DNA from: Rhodospirillales bacterium
Lineage (GTDB): Bacteria > Pseudomonadota > Alphaproteobacteria > Micavibrionales > UBA1664
DNA length: 64,000 nt
Assembly (NCBI GenBank): GCA_023898805.1
Contig: CP060260.1
Location: forward strand, 1,425,656 to 1,489,655
Direction: 5' to 3'
The first letter of the stretch is position 1. Each line of letters opens with the position of its first letter. The notes beneath the pieces are model-generated. The model made no database searches and was not told the origin of the DNA. It saw only the letters and a list, made by a program, of their open reading frames with translations. Below are positions 9,235 to 20,590 of this stretch, piece by piece. The position numbers and the translations under genes were made by a program.

Positions 9235-10110
9235 ATGAAGCGTCATATTGATTCCACGGATGGGCCGCCCGCGCAAGCGTCGGGCTTGTATCTGGTTTCG
9301 ACCCCGATCGGCAATCTGCGCGACATCACCTTGCGCGCGTGCGACGTGCTGGCTGGCTGCACCGCGGTGGTGTGCGAGGATTCGCGCGTCACCGGCCGCC
9401 TGCTGCAATCGCTGGGCATTACGGCGAAACTGGTTGTTTACAACGATCACAGCACGGAATCCGAGCGCGATGCCCTCCTGAAATGGATTGAGGAGGACGG
9501 TGCGTCCCTCGCATTGGTCTCCGACGCGGGTACGCCGCTGCTTTCCGACCCCGGTTATAAACTGGTGCATCTGGCGCTGGCGCGCGGGCTTTCCGTGGTG
9601 CCAGTGCCGGGGGCGAACGCGCTTTTGCCCGCCCTGCAGCTTGCGGGACTGCCTTGCGACCGGTTTTTGTTCGCCGGGTTTCTGCCGCATAAATCGGCCG
9701 CGCGGCGGACGGTTTTTGCCGAACTCGCATCCGTTCCGGCAACGCTGGTATTCTACGAATCGCCCCAGCGCCTGCACGATTGCGTGTGCGACGCGCACGC
9801 GGTTCTGGGCGACCGTCCCGCCGCGACCGCCCGCGAATTGACCAAGATGTACGAGGAATCGCGCCGCTTCACGCTGGCTGCCGGTGCGGCCGACGAATGC
9901 CTTTTGGGGACAATGAAGGGCGAAATCGTGTTGCTGGTCGGCCCGCCGGTCGAATCGCGCGCGGGGCTGGAGGATATCGACACGGCCCTGCGCCGCGCCA
10001 TGGAAACGCTCTCGATTCGCGATGCGGCGGCGCATGTCGCGACCGCGACAGGCGCTCCGAAAAAACAGGTCTACGACCGTGCCCTCAGGTTGAAGAATGG
10101 GGACGATTGA
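9235..10110 (+). CDS. rsmI: 16S rRNA (cytidine1402-2'-O)-methyltransferase
   Basis: GLYLVSTPIGNLRDITLRA..., CEDSRVTGRLL and SDAGTPLLSDPG motifs. Start trimmed to ATG 9235, because the track ORF from 8974 overlaps the divergent lpoA-like gene. Confidence 0.9.
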   Translation: MKRHIDSTDGPPAQASGLYLVSTPIGNLRDITLRACDVLAGCTAVVCEDSRVTGRLLQSLGITAKLVVYNDHSTESERDALLKWIEEDGASLALVSDAGTPLLSDPGYKLVHLALARGLSVVPVPGANALLPALQLAGLPCDRFLFAGFLPHKSAARRTVFAELASVPATLVFYESPQRLHDCVCDAHAVLGDRPAATARELTKMYEESRRFTLAAGAADECLLGTMKGEIVLLVGPPVESRAGLEDIDTALRRAMETLSIRDAAAHVATATGAPKKQVYDRALRLKNGDD

Positions 10111-10447
10111 AACCCATCGCGCGGGCCTGTTCGCAGAAACGCTTGCGGCGCTGGCCTTGCGCCTGTGCGGTTGGCGCATTCTGGCGCGCCGTTTCAGGAC
10201 CCCGGTGGGTGAAATCGATATTATCGCCCGGCGCCGGGGTGTGATCGCCTTTGTCGAGGTCAAGCGCCGCCCCGAGCTGGCCGACGCGCTGGCGGCGGTC
10301 ACGCCCGCCAACGCCGCGCGGGTGCGTCGCGCCGCGGCGTGGTGGCTGAACGCCCATGCCGTGCTTGCGGATAATTGTGCGTGCCGCTTTGACGTGATGG
10401 CGATCGCGCCTTACGCTCTGATTCGGCATATTCCCAACGCGTTCTGA
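10097..10447 (+). CDS. yraN: YraN family (UPF0102) endonuclease-like protein
   Basis: 116 aa with GEIDIIARRRGVIAFVEVKRR, the core of the YraN/UPF0102 PD-(D/E)xK fold. Confidence 0.85.
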   Translation: MGTIETHRAGLFAETLAALALRLCGWRILARRFRTPVGEIDIIARRRGVIAFVEVKRRPELADALAAVTPANAARVRRAAAWWLNAHAVLADNCACRFDVMAIAPYALIRHIPNAF

Positions 10448-10460
10448 TAAAGGGTGCTGC

Positions 10461-11339
10461 ATGTATCGTGCATGGTTTTCTCCGTTTCTGGTCTTTTTTG
10501 CCCTGGTGGCCTTGTCCGGCTGTACGCCGCTTTCGGCGGGTGTCGCCGTTGGGTCCGCCGCAGGCGTGTCCGCCGCGCACGAGGGCGGGATTAAGGCTTC
10601 TCTCGATGATACGCGCATCTCCGCGACCATTCACAACCTGTGGTTTCAGTACAATTTCAACATGTTCACCAAAGTCGGGCTGACTGTCGATCAGGGCCGC
10701 GTGCTGCTGACCGGCGTGGTCCAGAAACCGGAATACAGGGTCGATGCGGTCCGCCTGGCATGGCAGGCCCCGGGGGTACGTCAGGTCATCAACGAAATCA
10801 AGGTGGCGAACTCCGACGGCATATCCGGTTGGGCGCGTGACGCCTGGATCACCAGCCGCCTGCGTACCACGGTCCTGTTCGACAAGAATGTTCAGGGCAT
10901 CAATTATTCTTTCGATACGGTGCAAGGTGTGGTCTACATCATGGGGGTCGCACAAAATCAGGCGGAACTGGATCGGGTTCTGGGCTATGCGCGCTCTCTC
11001 CCCTATGTCAGGCAAGTGGTGTCTTACGTCAAACTGGCGGGCCAGCCCATGAATCAGGTCATCGCCAATGGCGGTCCCAACGCGGTCGGTATGTTGCCCG
11101 CCCAATCCGCCCCCATTCAATCGGCTCCCGTCACTGCTGCGCCGCTTGCCGCCGCGCCCGTCGCCAATGGCGGTATGGTGTACTCTACGAACACGACCAG
11201 CTATGGCACGGCTGGTCCCGTGCCGCTTGACAGCGCTTATCCGAATGCCAACGTCCCGATGACCAGTGTACCCAACCCGCCGCGCGCGGGGGTGGCTGCG
11301 CCGGGACGTCCGGCGCCGATCGTGGATAGCGGGTTCTAG
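10461..11339 (+). CDS. BON-domain lipoprotein (DolP/OsmY-like) with a Pro/Ala-rich C-terminal tail
   Basis: Lipobox ALSGC and two BON-like segments (VGLTVDQGRVLLTGVV...; FDTVQGVVYIMGVA...). It follows yraN, as dolP/yraP does in E. coli. Confidence 0.7.
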   Translation: MYRAWFSPFLVFFALVALSGCTPLSAGVAVGSAAGVSAAHEGGIKASLDDTRISATIHNLWFQYNFNMFTKVGLTVDQGRVLLTGVVQKPEYRVDAVRLAWQAPGVRQVINEIKVANSDGISGWARDAWITSRLRTTVLFDKNVQGINYSFDTVQGVVYIMGVAQNQAELDRVLGYARSLPYVRQVVSYVKLAGQPMNQVIANGGPNAVGMLPAQSAPIQSAPVTAAPLAAAPVANGGMVYSTNTTSYGTAGPVPLDSAYPNANVPMTSVPNPPRAGVAAPGRPAPIVDSGF

Positions 11340-11342
11340 GCC

Positions 11343-12200
11343 ATGAAGCGGGGGTTCAATACCGCCGAAGAAGCCATTGAATATCTGGATTTTGTGGGCA
11401 CGCAGGATGATTCCGCGATAGACCTTTTTGAAGCCGCCCTAGCCTTATCCTCGCACAACCACCCCGGTTTAAGTGTCGATAAATACCGCAATCATCGCAA
11501 ACGTTTGGCGGACGATACGCAAGCATTGCATCAGGAATTTCTGGTCCGTCACGACGACGATATCGACGCCCGTATCTGGGCGTTGGGTGAATGCATGACC
11601 CGTCGCCATGGGTATATCGGCGACGATTATCGCTATAACGATTTGCAAAACGCCGATTTGATTCGCGTTGTCGATCGGCGTCTTGGGTTGCCGGTCGCGC
11701 TCTCTTTGTTGTGCATTACCGTCGGCGACGATCTGGGATGGGCGATTGAGGGGCTGAGCTTTCCTGCGCACTATGTCATAAGACTGGAAAAAGATGGTCG
11801 CCGCGCGATTCTTGACCCGTTTCAGGGCTGCATCGTCTTGGGCGCGCATGAACTGCGTGAGATTCTTAAAAGCGCGCTGGGGCCGCAGGCCGAGCTTTCC
11901 GCAAGTTATTACGAACCGGCCTCGCGCCGCGACACCTTGATCCGGCTTGAGAACAACATCAAATTGCGCCAGATAGAGGCCGAGGATTACCAGTCCGCGC
12001 TGGCCACGGTCGAACTGATGAAGCGAATCGCACCCGATGAATACCGCCTCGATCTTGACGCGGGCGTGCTGCTTTCGCGTCTTGAGCGTCCGGCCGGGGC
12101 CATCGCCGCGCTTGAACGCTATATCGACCGGGTGCCAAACCCTGCCGACCGGCGCGACGCGGCCCTGCTGCTTCAGCAACTGCGCGGCATCGTTCATTGA
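11343..12200 (+). CDS. SirB1/YchA-like transglutaminase-fold + TPR protein
   Basis: YNDLQNADLIRVVDRRLGLPVALSLL...GLSFPAHYVIRL...ILDPFQG, followed by a TPR-like C-terminus, as in the UPF0162/SirB1 family. Confidence 0.6.
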   Translation: MKRGFNTAEEAIEYLDFVGTQDDSAIDLFEAALALSSHNHPGLSVDKYRNHRKRLADDTQALHQEFLVRHDDDIDARIWALGECMTRRHGYIGDDYRYNDLQNADLIRVVDRRLGLPVALSLLCITVGDDLGWAIEGLSFPAHYVIRLEKDGRRAILDPFQGCIVLGAHELREILKSALGPQAELSASYYEPASRRDTLIRLENNIKLRQIEAEDYQSALATVELMKRIAPDEYRLDLDAGVLLSRLERPAGAIAALERYIDRVPNPADRRDAALLLQQLRGIVH

Positions 12201-12348
12201 CCCGCGAATCCGGCCATAATCCAGACATAATCCATCCCCAATATTCATCCGTATAAATGATGAAACCCCCTTGATTGCCGGTGGTCACTGGTTCATCTTG
12301 GTGCCGAACCGAACAACAACCGTCTTGAACTTATTGGAGATTGCGCCG

Positions 12349-12903
12349 ATGCGTACCCCGACCCGTTACAAACTGCTTACCCTGCTGGCCTTATCCACGC
12401 TGGCGCTGGCTGCGTGCGCAAAAGGCAAACAGGAACAGCCTTATGCCGACTCGGTCGTGGAAGGACAAGGCCAGGTGCAGGGCCAGGGCGAAGGCATGCT
12501 TGGCGATCAAGGCGCGGGCATGGCCGGCGTTCAGGGCAACACCCTTCCGGGGTCCCAGGAGGACCTGACGGTCAATGTCGGCGACCGCGTTTATTTCGGC
12601 TACGACCGTTACGACCTGACGCCCGAGGCGCTGCAACAGCTTCAACTCCAGTCCCAGTGGCTTAACCAGTATCCGAACGTAACCGTCATGATCGAAGGCA
12701 ATACCGACGAACGCGGTACGCGTGAATACAACCTTGCCCTTGGCGACCGCCGCGCCAACGCGGTGCGTGACTACCTCGTGTCGCTGGGTGTCAGCCCCTC
12801 GCGCATCAAGACGATCTCCTACGGCAAGGAGCGCCCGGAAGTGACCGGTTCCGATCCCCAGTCCTGGGCTCAGAACCGCCGCGCTGTGACCCGCGTCGAG
12901 TGA
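12349..12903 (+). CDS. pal: Peptidoglycan-associated lipoprotein
   Basis: Lipobox LALAACA, a Gly/Gln-rich linker and an OmpA C-terminal domain (VYFGYDRYDL...IEGNTDERGTREYNLALGDRRA). RBS ggaga lies upstream of ATG 12349. Confidence 0.9.
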   Translation: MRTPTRYKLLTLLALSTLALAACAKGKQEQPYADSVVEGQGQVQGQGEGMLGDQGAGMAGVQGNTLPGSQEDLTVNVGDRVYFGYDRYDLTPEALQQLQLQSQWLNQYPNVTVMIEGNTDERGTREYNLALGDRRANAVRDYLVSLGVSPSRIKTISYGKERPEVTGSDPQSWAQNRRAVTRVE

Positions 12904-12910
12904 TTGGCTG

Positions 12911-13966
12911 ATGCGCGTATTCGCTTCCCTTATTCTGTGTGCAACCCTGCCCTTCGCGGCAGGGTTTGCTCTCTCAAGCCCGGCCAGCGCGCAGGGTATG
13001 CAATATGACGGTCCCGGCGCCATGTCTGGCGGAAGCGCCATGCCCAATCCCTTGCCGGTTCAGGCCGCACCATTGCAACCCATGGCATCGCAGGTTGCGC
13101 CGCAGGTAACCGCGCAAGGCGCAACGCCGGCCCTGATGTCAGGCGCGGCAATGGACATGACGCGCATGGATGCGCTCGAACAACAGGTGCGCGACCTGAC
13201 CAACCAGATCGAACAGCGCGACTTCCAATTCCGTCAGTTGCGCGCAGAATACGATAAATACGTCGCGGCGACTGACCAACGTTTGCAGGCGCTGGAACGC
13301 GCGGCTGTCTCCGCCGGCAATCCTCCCGCCGCTCCTGCCTCTGGCGCTGCATCGGATCTGCCGCCGCAACCCGCGCCGACCGCGCCGCAAGCGACGCCCC
13401 AATCTGCTCCCCAGCCGGGTACGTCCGGTTCGCTGGTCGATCCGAACGGGGCCTACCGGCCCGCGTCCACGCCGCAACTCGGCCAGATCCGCGAACAACA
13501 GGCGGGCGGCAACGGTGGCGCGACCACTTCCGGCACACCACAGGGCACGCCCGCTTCACCGGCTAAGGCCTACGATCAGGCCTTTTCCTACCTTCAGCAA
13601 AGCGATTATCAGGACGCGCAACGTGCGTTTTCCGATTTCCTGAAAACCTATCCGACCCATCCGCTGGCCGCGAACGCGCAATACTGGCTGGGTGAATCCT
13701 ATTTCGCGCAGACCCAGTATTCGCAGGCCGCGAAAACCTTTGCCAAAGCGTTTCAAGAACATCCGCAAGGGCAAAAGGCGCCCGATGCCCTGCTTAAACT
13801 GTCGATCACACTGGATAAGATGAACAAGCGCAGCGATGCCTGCCTGACCTTGGGCGAACTTTCCAAACGCTTTCCCGGCGGCCCGGCCTCGGTTCTGCGC
13901 CGCGGGCAGGAGGAAAGCACCCGCATGAACTGCACGGCCGCCCCCGCCGCCGCCCCTGCGGGTTGA
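12911..13966 (+). CDS. cpoB: Tol-Pal system protein CpoB/YbgF
   Basis: Signal peptide, a coiled-coil segment (LEQQVRDLTNQIEQRDFQFRQLRAEYDKY) and a C-terminal TPR (YPTHPLAANAQYWLGESYF). It lies immediately downstream of pal. Confidence 0.85.
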   Translation: MRVFASLILCATLPFAAGFALSSPASAQGMQYDGPGAMSGGSAMPNPLPVQAAPLQPMASQVAPQVTAQGATPALMSGAAMDMTRMDALEQQVRDLTNQIEQRDFQFRQLRAEYDKYVAATDQRLQALERAAVSAGNPPAAPASGAASDLPPQPAPTAPQATPQSAPQPGTSGSLVDPNGAYRPASTPQLGQIREQQAGGNGGATTSGTPQGTPASPAKAYDQAFSYLQQSDYQDAQRAFSDFLKTYPTHPLAANAQYWLGESYFAQTQYSQAAKTFAKAFQEHPQGQKAPDALLKLSITLDKMNKRSDACLTLGELSKRFPGGPASVLRRGQEESTRMNCTAAPAAAPAG

Positions 13967-13969
13967 GGC

Positions 13970-15004
13970 TTGCGCCCTGGCGGCCGCCTGTCGTTTACTA
14001 GGCTTGTGAAGCTCGATATTCCATCCGATATTGCCGCAGCGCCATTGGCGGTTGCGCTCTCCGGCGGGGCCGATTCCCTGGCGCTGGCGCATATGCTTGC
14101 GCGCACGCACGGCAATCTGCACCTGCTGACCGTCGATCACGCCCTGCGCCCCGAAAGCGGGGACGAGGCGCGGCAGGTCGCTGACCTTGTCGCAAACTGG
14201 GTCGCGAACTGGCCGGGCGTCGCCCATGCGACCCTGCGCTGGGAGGGGGCGAAACCATCTACGCGGCGCATGGAATCCGCGCGCGCGGCGCGCTATGCGC
14301 TGATGGCGGAATATGCGCGCGCCCACGGCATCCGCACGCTGGCGCTGGCGCATCACCGCGACGACCAGACGGAAACCTTCTTGCTGCGCCTCGCGCGCGG
14401 CAGCGGCATCGACGGTCTGGCCGCGATGCGCGAACGCACACAGCGCGATGAAATGACGCTTTGGCGCCCGTTGCTGGCCAGCCATACCCATGCCGATCTG
14501 GTGGCCTATTGCCGCGAACACGGCCTTGCATGGATCGAGGACCCGACCAATGCGAACGACAAATACGCCCGCAACCGTCTGCGCATGGCGCTACGGGGCG
14601 AGGGGTTGAACGATACGCGCCTTGACGCCACCCTGCGTCGTATCGAACGCGCCGCCGATACACTGCGCCTGCTTTCCGACCGGCTGGCCACGCGCGCGAG
14701 CGTGGCGCACGATGACGCGGCATGGGTCTTCGACCTGAACGCGCTGCGGACGGAACCGTTTGAACTCGCGCTGCGCGTGCTGCGCCGCGCGGTTGATGAA
14801 CAGGCGGGCGCGGCAGGTTATGGTGCGCGCCTCGACCGGCTGGAGGATCTGGCGCGCGAATTGCTCGAATCGCCTGCCGCCACCGCGCGCACGTTGGGCG
14901 GATGCGTGCTGCGCGTCGATCCGCATGCGGGTACGCTTTCCGTGGCCGCTGAAATACCGGCACAGGCCGCGAAAACCTTGCCTTTGGCGGCAAACGGTTT
15001 ATGA
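13970..15004 (+). CDS. tilS: tRNA(Ile)-lysidine synthetase
   Basis: PP-loop LSGGADSLAL. The position between cpoB and ftsH is conserved alphaproteobacterial synteny. The TTG start at 13970 is uncertain. Confidence 0.85.
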   Translation: MRPGGRLSFTRLVKLDIPSDIAAAPLAVALSGGADSLALAHMLARTHGNLHLLTVDHALRPESGDEARQVADLVANWVANWPGVAHATLRWEGAKPSTRRMESARAARYALMAEYARAHGIRTLALAHHRDDQTETFLLRLARGSGIDGLAAMRERTQRDEMTLWRPLLASHTHADLVAYCREHGLAWIEDPTNANDKYARNRLRMALRGEGLNDTRLDATLRRIERAADTLRLLSDRLATRASVAHDDAAWVFDLNALRTEPFELALRVLRRAVDEQAGAAGYGARLDRLEDLARELLESPAATARTLGGCVLRVDPHAGTLSVAAEIPAQAAKTLPLAANGL

Positions 15005-15043
15005 TCAGCATATACCCACCCAAACCCTGAAGGGGTCGTTCCC

Positions 15044-16981
<1,938 letters not shown>

Positions 16982-17118
16982 AACGTGTGATCGCGCCTTA
17001 TTCGGAAAACGGCTAGGACGTTTCTTTTTTGATCGACGCGATTTTCGCGCGTCATGTCCCGGCTTGTTCGGGGCATCCATTGTGCCGGATGACCGATATC
17101 CGTCATTCTTTGCCATGG

Positions 17119-17150
17119 ATTACCCGCATACGCGGGTAATGACGGTTTTT
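17119..17150 (+). terminator. Rho-independent terminator downstream of ftsH
   Basis: 9-bp stem ATTACCCGC/GCGGGTAAT (17119-17127 paired with 17132-17140), nested inside an outer CCGTCAT/ATGACGG pairing and followed by TTTTT (17146-17150). Confidence 0.65.
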
Positions 17151-17209
17151 GTAATGATACCGATTCTCATTCATTCGTTATCGCATGATGACAAAACGGT
17201 ATGAGGCTT

Positions 17210-18466
17210 CTACCTGACGGCAGAATGCTCCAGCGCAAGGCGCCGCATGCCGGCATAGGCGGCCACGCCGGCAAAGCACAGCGTGGATACAAACCATGTC
17301 TGCCAGATGCCCCAGATCGACAGCGTGTATAAAAACGCGACCGCCCAGATGAACGTGCCAAAGCGCGCGCCCGTGGTATCGCGCCATGCGCACAGCCGCC
17401 GCGCGAACAGCGCAAACAGGAACACCAGCATCGCCGCGCCTGCCGCCCCCGTTTCGAACCAGATTTGCAGCGGCCCGTTATGCGGATGCAGGTGATGGAT
17501 ATATCTGGCATAAGGCCGTGTCGCGGCAAGGTATGACAATTCCCCGCGATTGGGCATCGCCCGCGCGGAATCAAGGCCCCACCCCAAAAACGTCTTTTCG
17601 CGCGTCCGGCGCGCCGCCTGATCCCAGATTTCGATGCGCGATTTAATCGAATCGTTCAAAACGCTTGAATTCCGCCACTCGACGCGCGCATCGATTTCAA
17701 GCGCGATCATCGGCATCGTCGCCACAATCAGGCCGGATACCGCAAGCGTCAGTAACGCGCCGGTTCGCGCCGGAAACAACAGCAAAGCCGGGGTTAGTGC
17801 GATCACGGCCAAAAGCACAACCTGTGCGGAGGCGCTATGCGTAAAAATCGTGATTCCGATGACGCAGGCGGCGGCCAGTACGAAAATAACGCGTTTGCGC
17901 CAGCCCGCGCGCAGAAAAAAGAAAGCGAACGCCAGATAAAGCCACAGCGCGCTTAATACCACGGCTTTGTTCTGCTTGCTGTCTATGGGGTCGTGGTCGC
18001 TGCCGCCGCGCAAAAGATCGTAAAATTTGAACCCATCCGCCACTTCGCTCAAATACATCGCAAGGCCAAGTCCAAGACCGATCATCAAAAATACGCCGAT
18101 GCGTTTAAAATCCGCCGTCCCCATCCGCCCGATGACCGGCACCAATAACGCGCTTGCGCCGAAATTGAGTATAAGCTGGATGGTCTTGGGCAGGACGTGT
18201 TCGGGATTGATGCTCCAGACGATGCTGGCGATTCCGAATGCGAGAAACGCGCCGAACAGCGTTGCCAGTCCCCGGTCGATGTCTGGCCGTGCGCGGCGTT
18301 GCCAGGAATCGATTGAAACCGCGACCAGCGCGCAACCGATGAACAAAGGCGCCATCACGCCGGGTATGCCGCAGCTCAAAAGCGGCCCCAGCATCAAAAG
18401 TGGCGCAAGCGCCCAGACCGCGGCGGCGGACCTGCCGTTGTCCACCGATATGTCGGACAGGCTCAT
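17210..18466 (-). CDS. O-antigen ligase family (Wzy_C domain) membrane protein; a WaaL-type ligase or a PglL-type O-oligosaccharyltransferase
   Basis: Polytopic membrane protein with the family motif HPHNGPLQIWFETGAAG in a large periplasmic loop. Confidence 0.8.
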   Translation of the reverse strand: MSLSDISVDNGRSAAAVWALAPLLMLGPLLSCGIPGVMAPLFIGCALVAVSIDSWQRRARPDIDRGLATLFGAFLAFGIASIVWSINPEHVLPKTIQLILNFGASALLVPVIGRMGTADFKRIGVFLMIGLGLGLAMYLSEVADGFKFYDLLRGGSDHDPIDSKQNKAVVLSALWLYLAFAFFFLRAGWRKRVIFVLAAACVIGITIFTHSASAQVVLLAVIALTPALLLFPARTGALLTLAVSGLIVATMPMIALEIDARVEWRNSSVLNDSIKSRIEIWDQAARRTREKTFLGWGLDSARAMPNRGELSYLAATRPYARYIHHLHPHNGPLQIWFETGAAGAAMLVFLFALFARRLCAWRDTTGARFGTFIWAVAFLYTLSIWGIWQTWFVSTLCFAGVAAYAGMRRLALEHSAVR

Positions 18467-19623
18467 GCGCGGCCGTAGAAGGCGCGGATCGCGGCGATGA
18501 CATGCCGCACGTCATCGTCGCTCAACGTCATGTTCATCGGCAGCATCATGCAGCGCGCGAAGAAATGATCGACCTTGGGCAATGACGGGGTCTGTGGGTA
18601 CAGATCCTTGAACTGGTGCACCGGCGTGCCCGCCCATTGAATGATCGTGCCGATGCCTTTGTCTTTAAGAAATTCACGCAAGGCGTCGCGGTTTTCGGCG
18701 GCCAGCTCGTAATTCTGGAACACATCGTAATGGTCTGGCTGGCTGTCCGGCCCGGCGGGCAGGCGCAGCTCGGCGACGTCCGAAAGCCCTTGCGTGTACA
18801 TCGCCGCGATGGCGCGCCGGCGCGCCATGATTTCGGGATAGGATTTGAAATTGTAATGCAGGAACGCGGCCTGAAGATTGTCCAGCCGCGAATTCGTACC
18901 CCACAACACCACCTTGCCGGTTTCGTCGCGCCCATGGTCGCGCAATGCGCGCAACGCGGCACCCAGCGTATCGTCGTTGGTGATCACCGCGCCGCCGTCG
19001 CCGAAACAGCCCAGAATCTTGGCGGGGTAAAAGCTGAACGTCCCGAAACGGCCGAACGTGCCGGCGGCCCGACCCTTATAGGTCGATCCCAGCGCCTGTG
19101 CCGCATCCTCCGCCACCATCAGCCCGTGTTTTTCGGCCAGGGCCATGATCGGGTCCATCGCGCAGGTCCGTCCGTTGACATGGGTCGGCAGGATCACGCG
19201 GGTCCGCTCGGTGATCAGGCGCTCGACCGATGCCGGGTCCATCAGGTTGTCCGGCCCGATATCGCACGGCACGGCGCGTGCGCCCAGCATCTGCGCCGCC
19301 GACGCGGTCGCGATATAGGTGTGCGAGGATACGATGACCTCGTCCCCCGGCTTCAGGCCGATGGCCATCAGCCCGATCATGATCGCGTTGGTGCCGTCCG
19401 CCGTGCCGATGACGTGCTTGACCTTCAGGAACTTGGCGATCGCGGCCTCGAACTCGCTCAGGTCCTTTTGCAGGATATACGCGCCGCGCCCGCACACGTC
19501 GCGGAAGATGCGCACGTAATCTTCCTCGTGATCCTTGAACAGGGCGGGATAGTTGAAAAACGGAATCTTGCGGTTATACGCATCAAGGCTTTCGTGAACC
19601 TTGGGGGCGGCGGCGTGCGACAT
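18463..19623 (-). CDS. DegT/DnrJ/EryC1/StrS-family sugar aminotransferase
   Basis: TADGTNA and FSFYPAKILGCFGDGGA motifs. ATGA-type overlap with the ligase gene. Confidence 0.85.
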   Translation of the reverse strand: MSHAAAPKVHESLDAYNRKIPFFNYPALFKDHEEDYVRIFRDVCGRGAYILQKDLSEFEAAIAKFLKVKHVIGTADGTNAIMIGLMAIGLKPGDEVIVSSHTYIATASAAQMLGARAVPCDIGPDNLMDPASVERLITERTRVILPTHVNGRTCAMDPIMALAEKHGLMVAEDAAQALGSTYKGRAAGTFGRFGTFSFYPAKILGCFGDGGAVITNDDTLGAALRALRDHGRDETGKVVLWGTNSRLDNLQAAFLHYNFKSYPEIMARRRAIAAMYTQGLSDVAELRLPAGPDSQPDHYDVFQNYELAAENRDALREFLKDKGIGTIIQWAGTPVHQFKDLYPQTPSLPKVDHFFARCMMLPMNMTLSDDDVRHVIAAIRAFYGRA

Positions 19624-19659
19624 GGGAAACCCTTTTAGGAGTTCGGTTGAACCTTATGT

Positions 19660-20589
19660 TTATGCATTCAAAAGCGTTTTCGCCTTGCGCGCAAGGCTTT
19701 CGGCGTTCAACCCATACAGGTCCTTCAGGTACCCTTGGTCGCCGACCACGGCGGTGTAGGTATCCGAAATCCCGGCTCGCGCGAAACGGGGCAGGGCCAT
19801 GCCGAATTCCAGCACGGTTTCGGCGACCGCGCCGCCCAGCCCGCCCAGGATCGTATTTTCTTCGACCGTGATGACGGCGCGGCTTGTCCCCATGATGGAG
19901 CGCAACCCCTCGGCGTCCAGCGGCTTGATCGTATGCGCGCTGACCACCCCGGCCTTGATGCCGTCGCCTGCCAGCGCCTGTGCCGCGCCGATGGCCGCGC
20001 CAAGGACTCCGCCGCAGGCGATGAAGGTCACGTCCGTTCCTCCCGGCAGAATGGTGCGCAGCCTGCCGATTTCGACCGCCGCGTCGTCATGCCCTTCCGG
20101 AATCGGGGCGGATGCCCGCTCCAGCCGCAGATAGAACACCCCCGGCGTGCGCAGCATGTGCTGCGTGCACGCCACGACCTCGGCGTCCGTCGCGGGCGCC
20201 AGCACGGTGATGTTGGGCAGGGCGCGCAGGATCGAAAGATCCTCGGTCGCGTGGTGCGACATGCCCAGCGCGCCGTATGAAAACCCGCCGCCCACGCACA
20301 CCACCTTGACGTTGGCGTTGTGATAGGCGGCATCGTTGCGGATCTGCTCCAGCGGGCGCAGCGTCGGAAAATTCCCGATCGAATAGCAAACGGTCTTGAA
20401 CCCTTCCTGCGCAAGGCCGGTGGCGACGCCGATCAGGTTTTGTTCGGCCACGCCGACATTCAGGAAGCGGTCCGGAAATTCCGCGACAAACGGCTCGATG
20501 ACGCTGAAGCCCAGATCGCCGGTCAGGAACATCACCGCCTCGTCCTGTGCGGCTTCGTCTTTCAATGTCTTCAGGAACAGATCGCGCAT
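19660..20589 (-). CDS. Transketolase, C-terminal (pyrimidine-binding) subunit
   Basis: FLNVGVAEQNLIGVATGLA and the transketolase C-terminal domain. Start trimmed to MRDLFLKT at 20589, one nt after the stop of the N-terminal subunit. Confidence 0.85.
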   Translation of the reverse strand: MRDLFLKTLKDEAAQDEAVMFLTGDLGFSVIEPFVAEFPDRFLNVGVAEQNLIGVATGLAQEGFKTVCYSIGNFPTLRPLEQIRNDAAYHNANVKVVCVGGGFSYGALGMSHHATEDLSILRALPNITVLAPATDAEVVACTQHMLRTPGVFYLRLERASAPIPEGHDDAAVEIGRLRTILPGGTDVTFIACGGVLGAAIGAAQALAGDGIKAGVVSAHTIKPLDAEGLRSIMGTSRAVITVEENTILGGLGGAVAETVLEFGMALPRFARAGISDTYTAVVGDQGYLKDLYGLNAESLARKAKTLLNA

Positions 20590-20590
20590 C

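Noticed and set aside
9079-10311. 410-aa minus-strand ORF; similar long shadow ORFs at 3826..4815, 13556..14521, 15005..15847, 18616..19638, 20396..21286, 43387..44013 and 52074..52808
   Set aside because: Each lies opposite a gene with clear conserved motifs (rsmI/yraN, wbpB-like, cpoB/tilS, ftsH, the aminotransferase, transketolase, the M3 peptidase, sucA). None has a recognisable domain.
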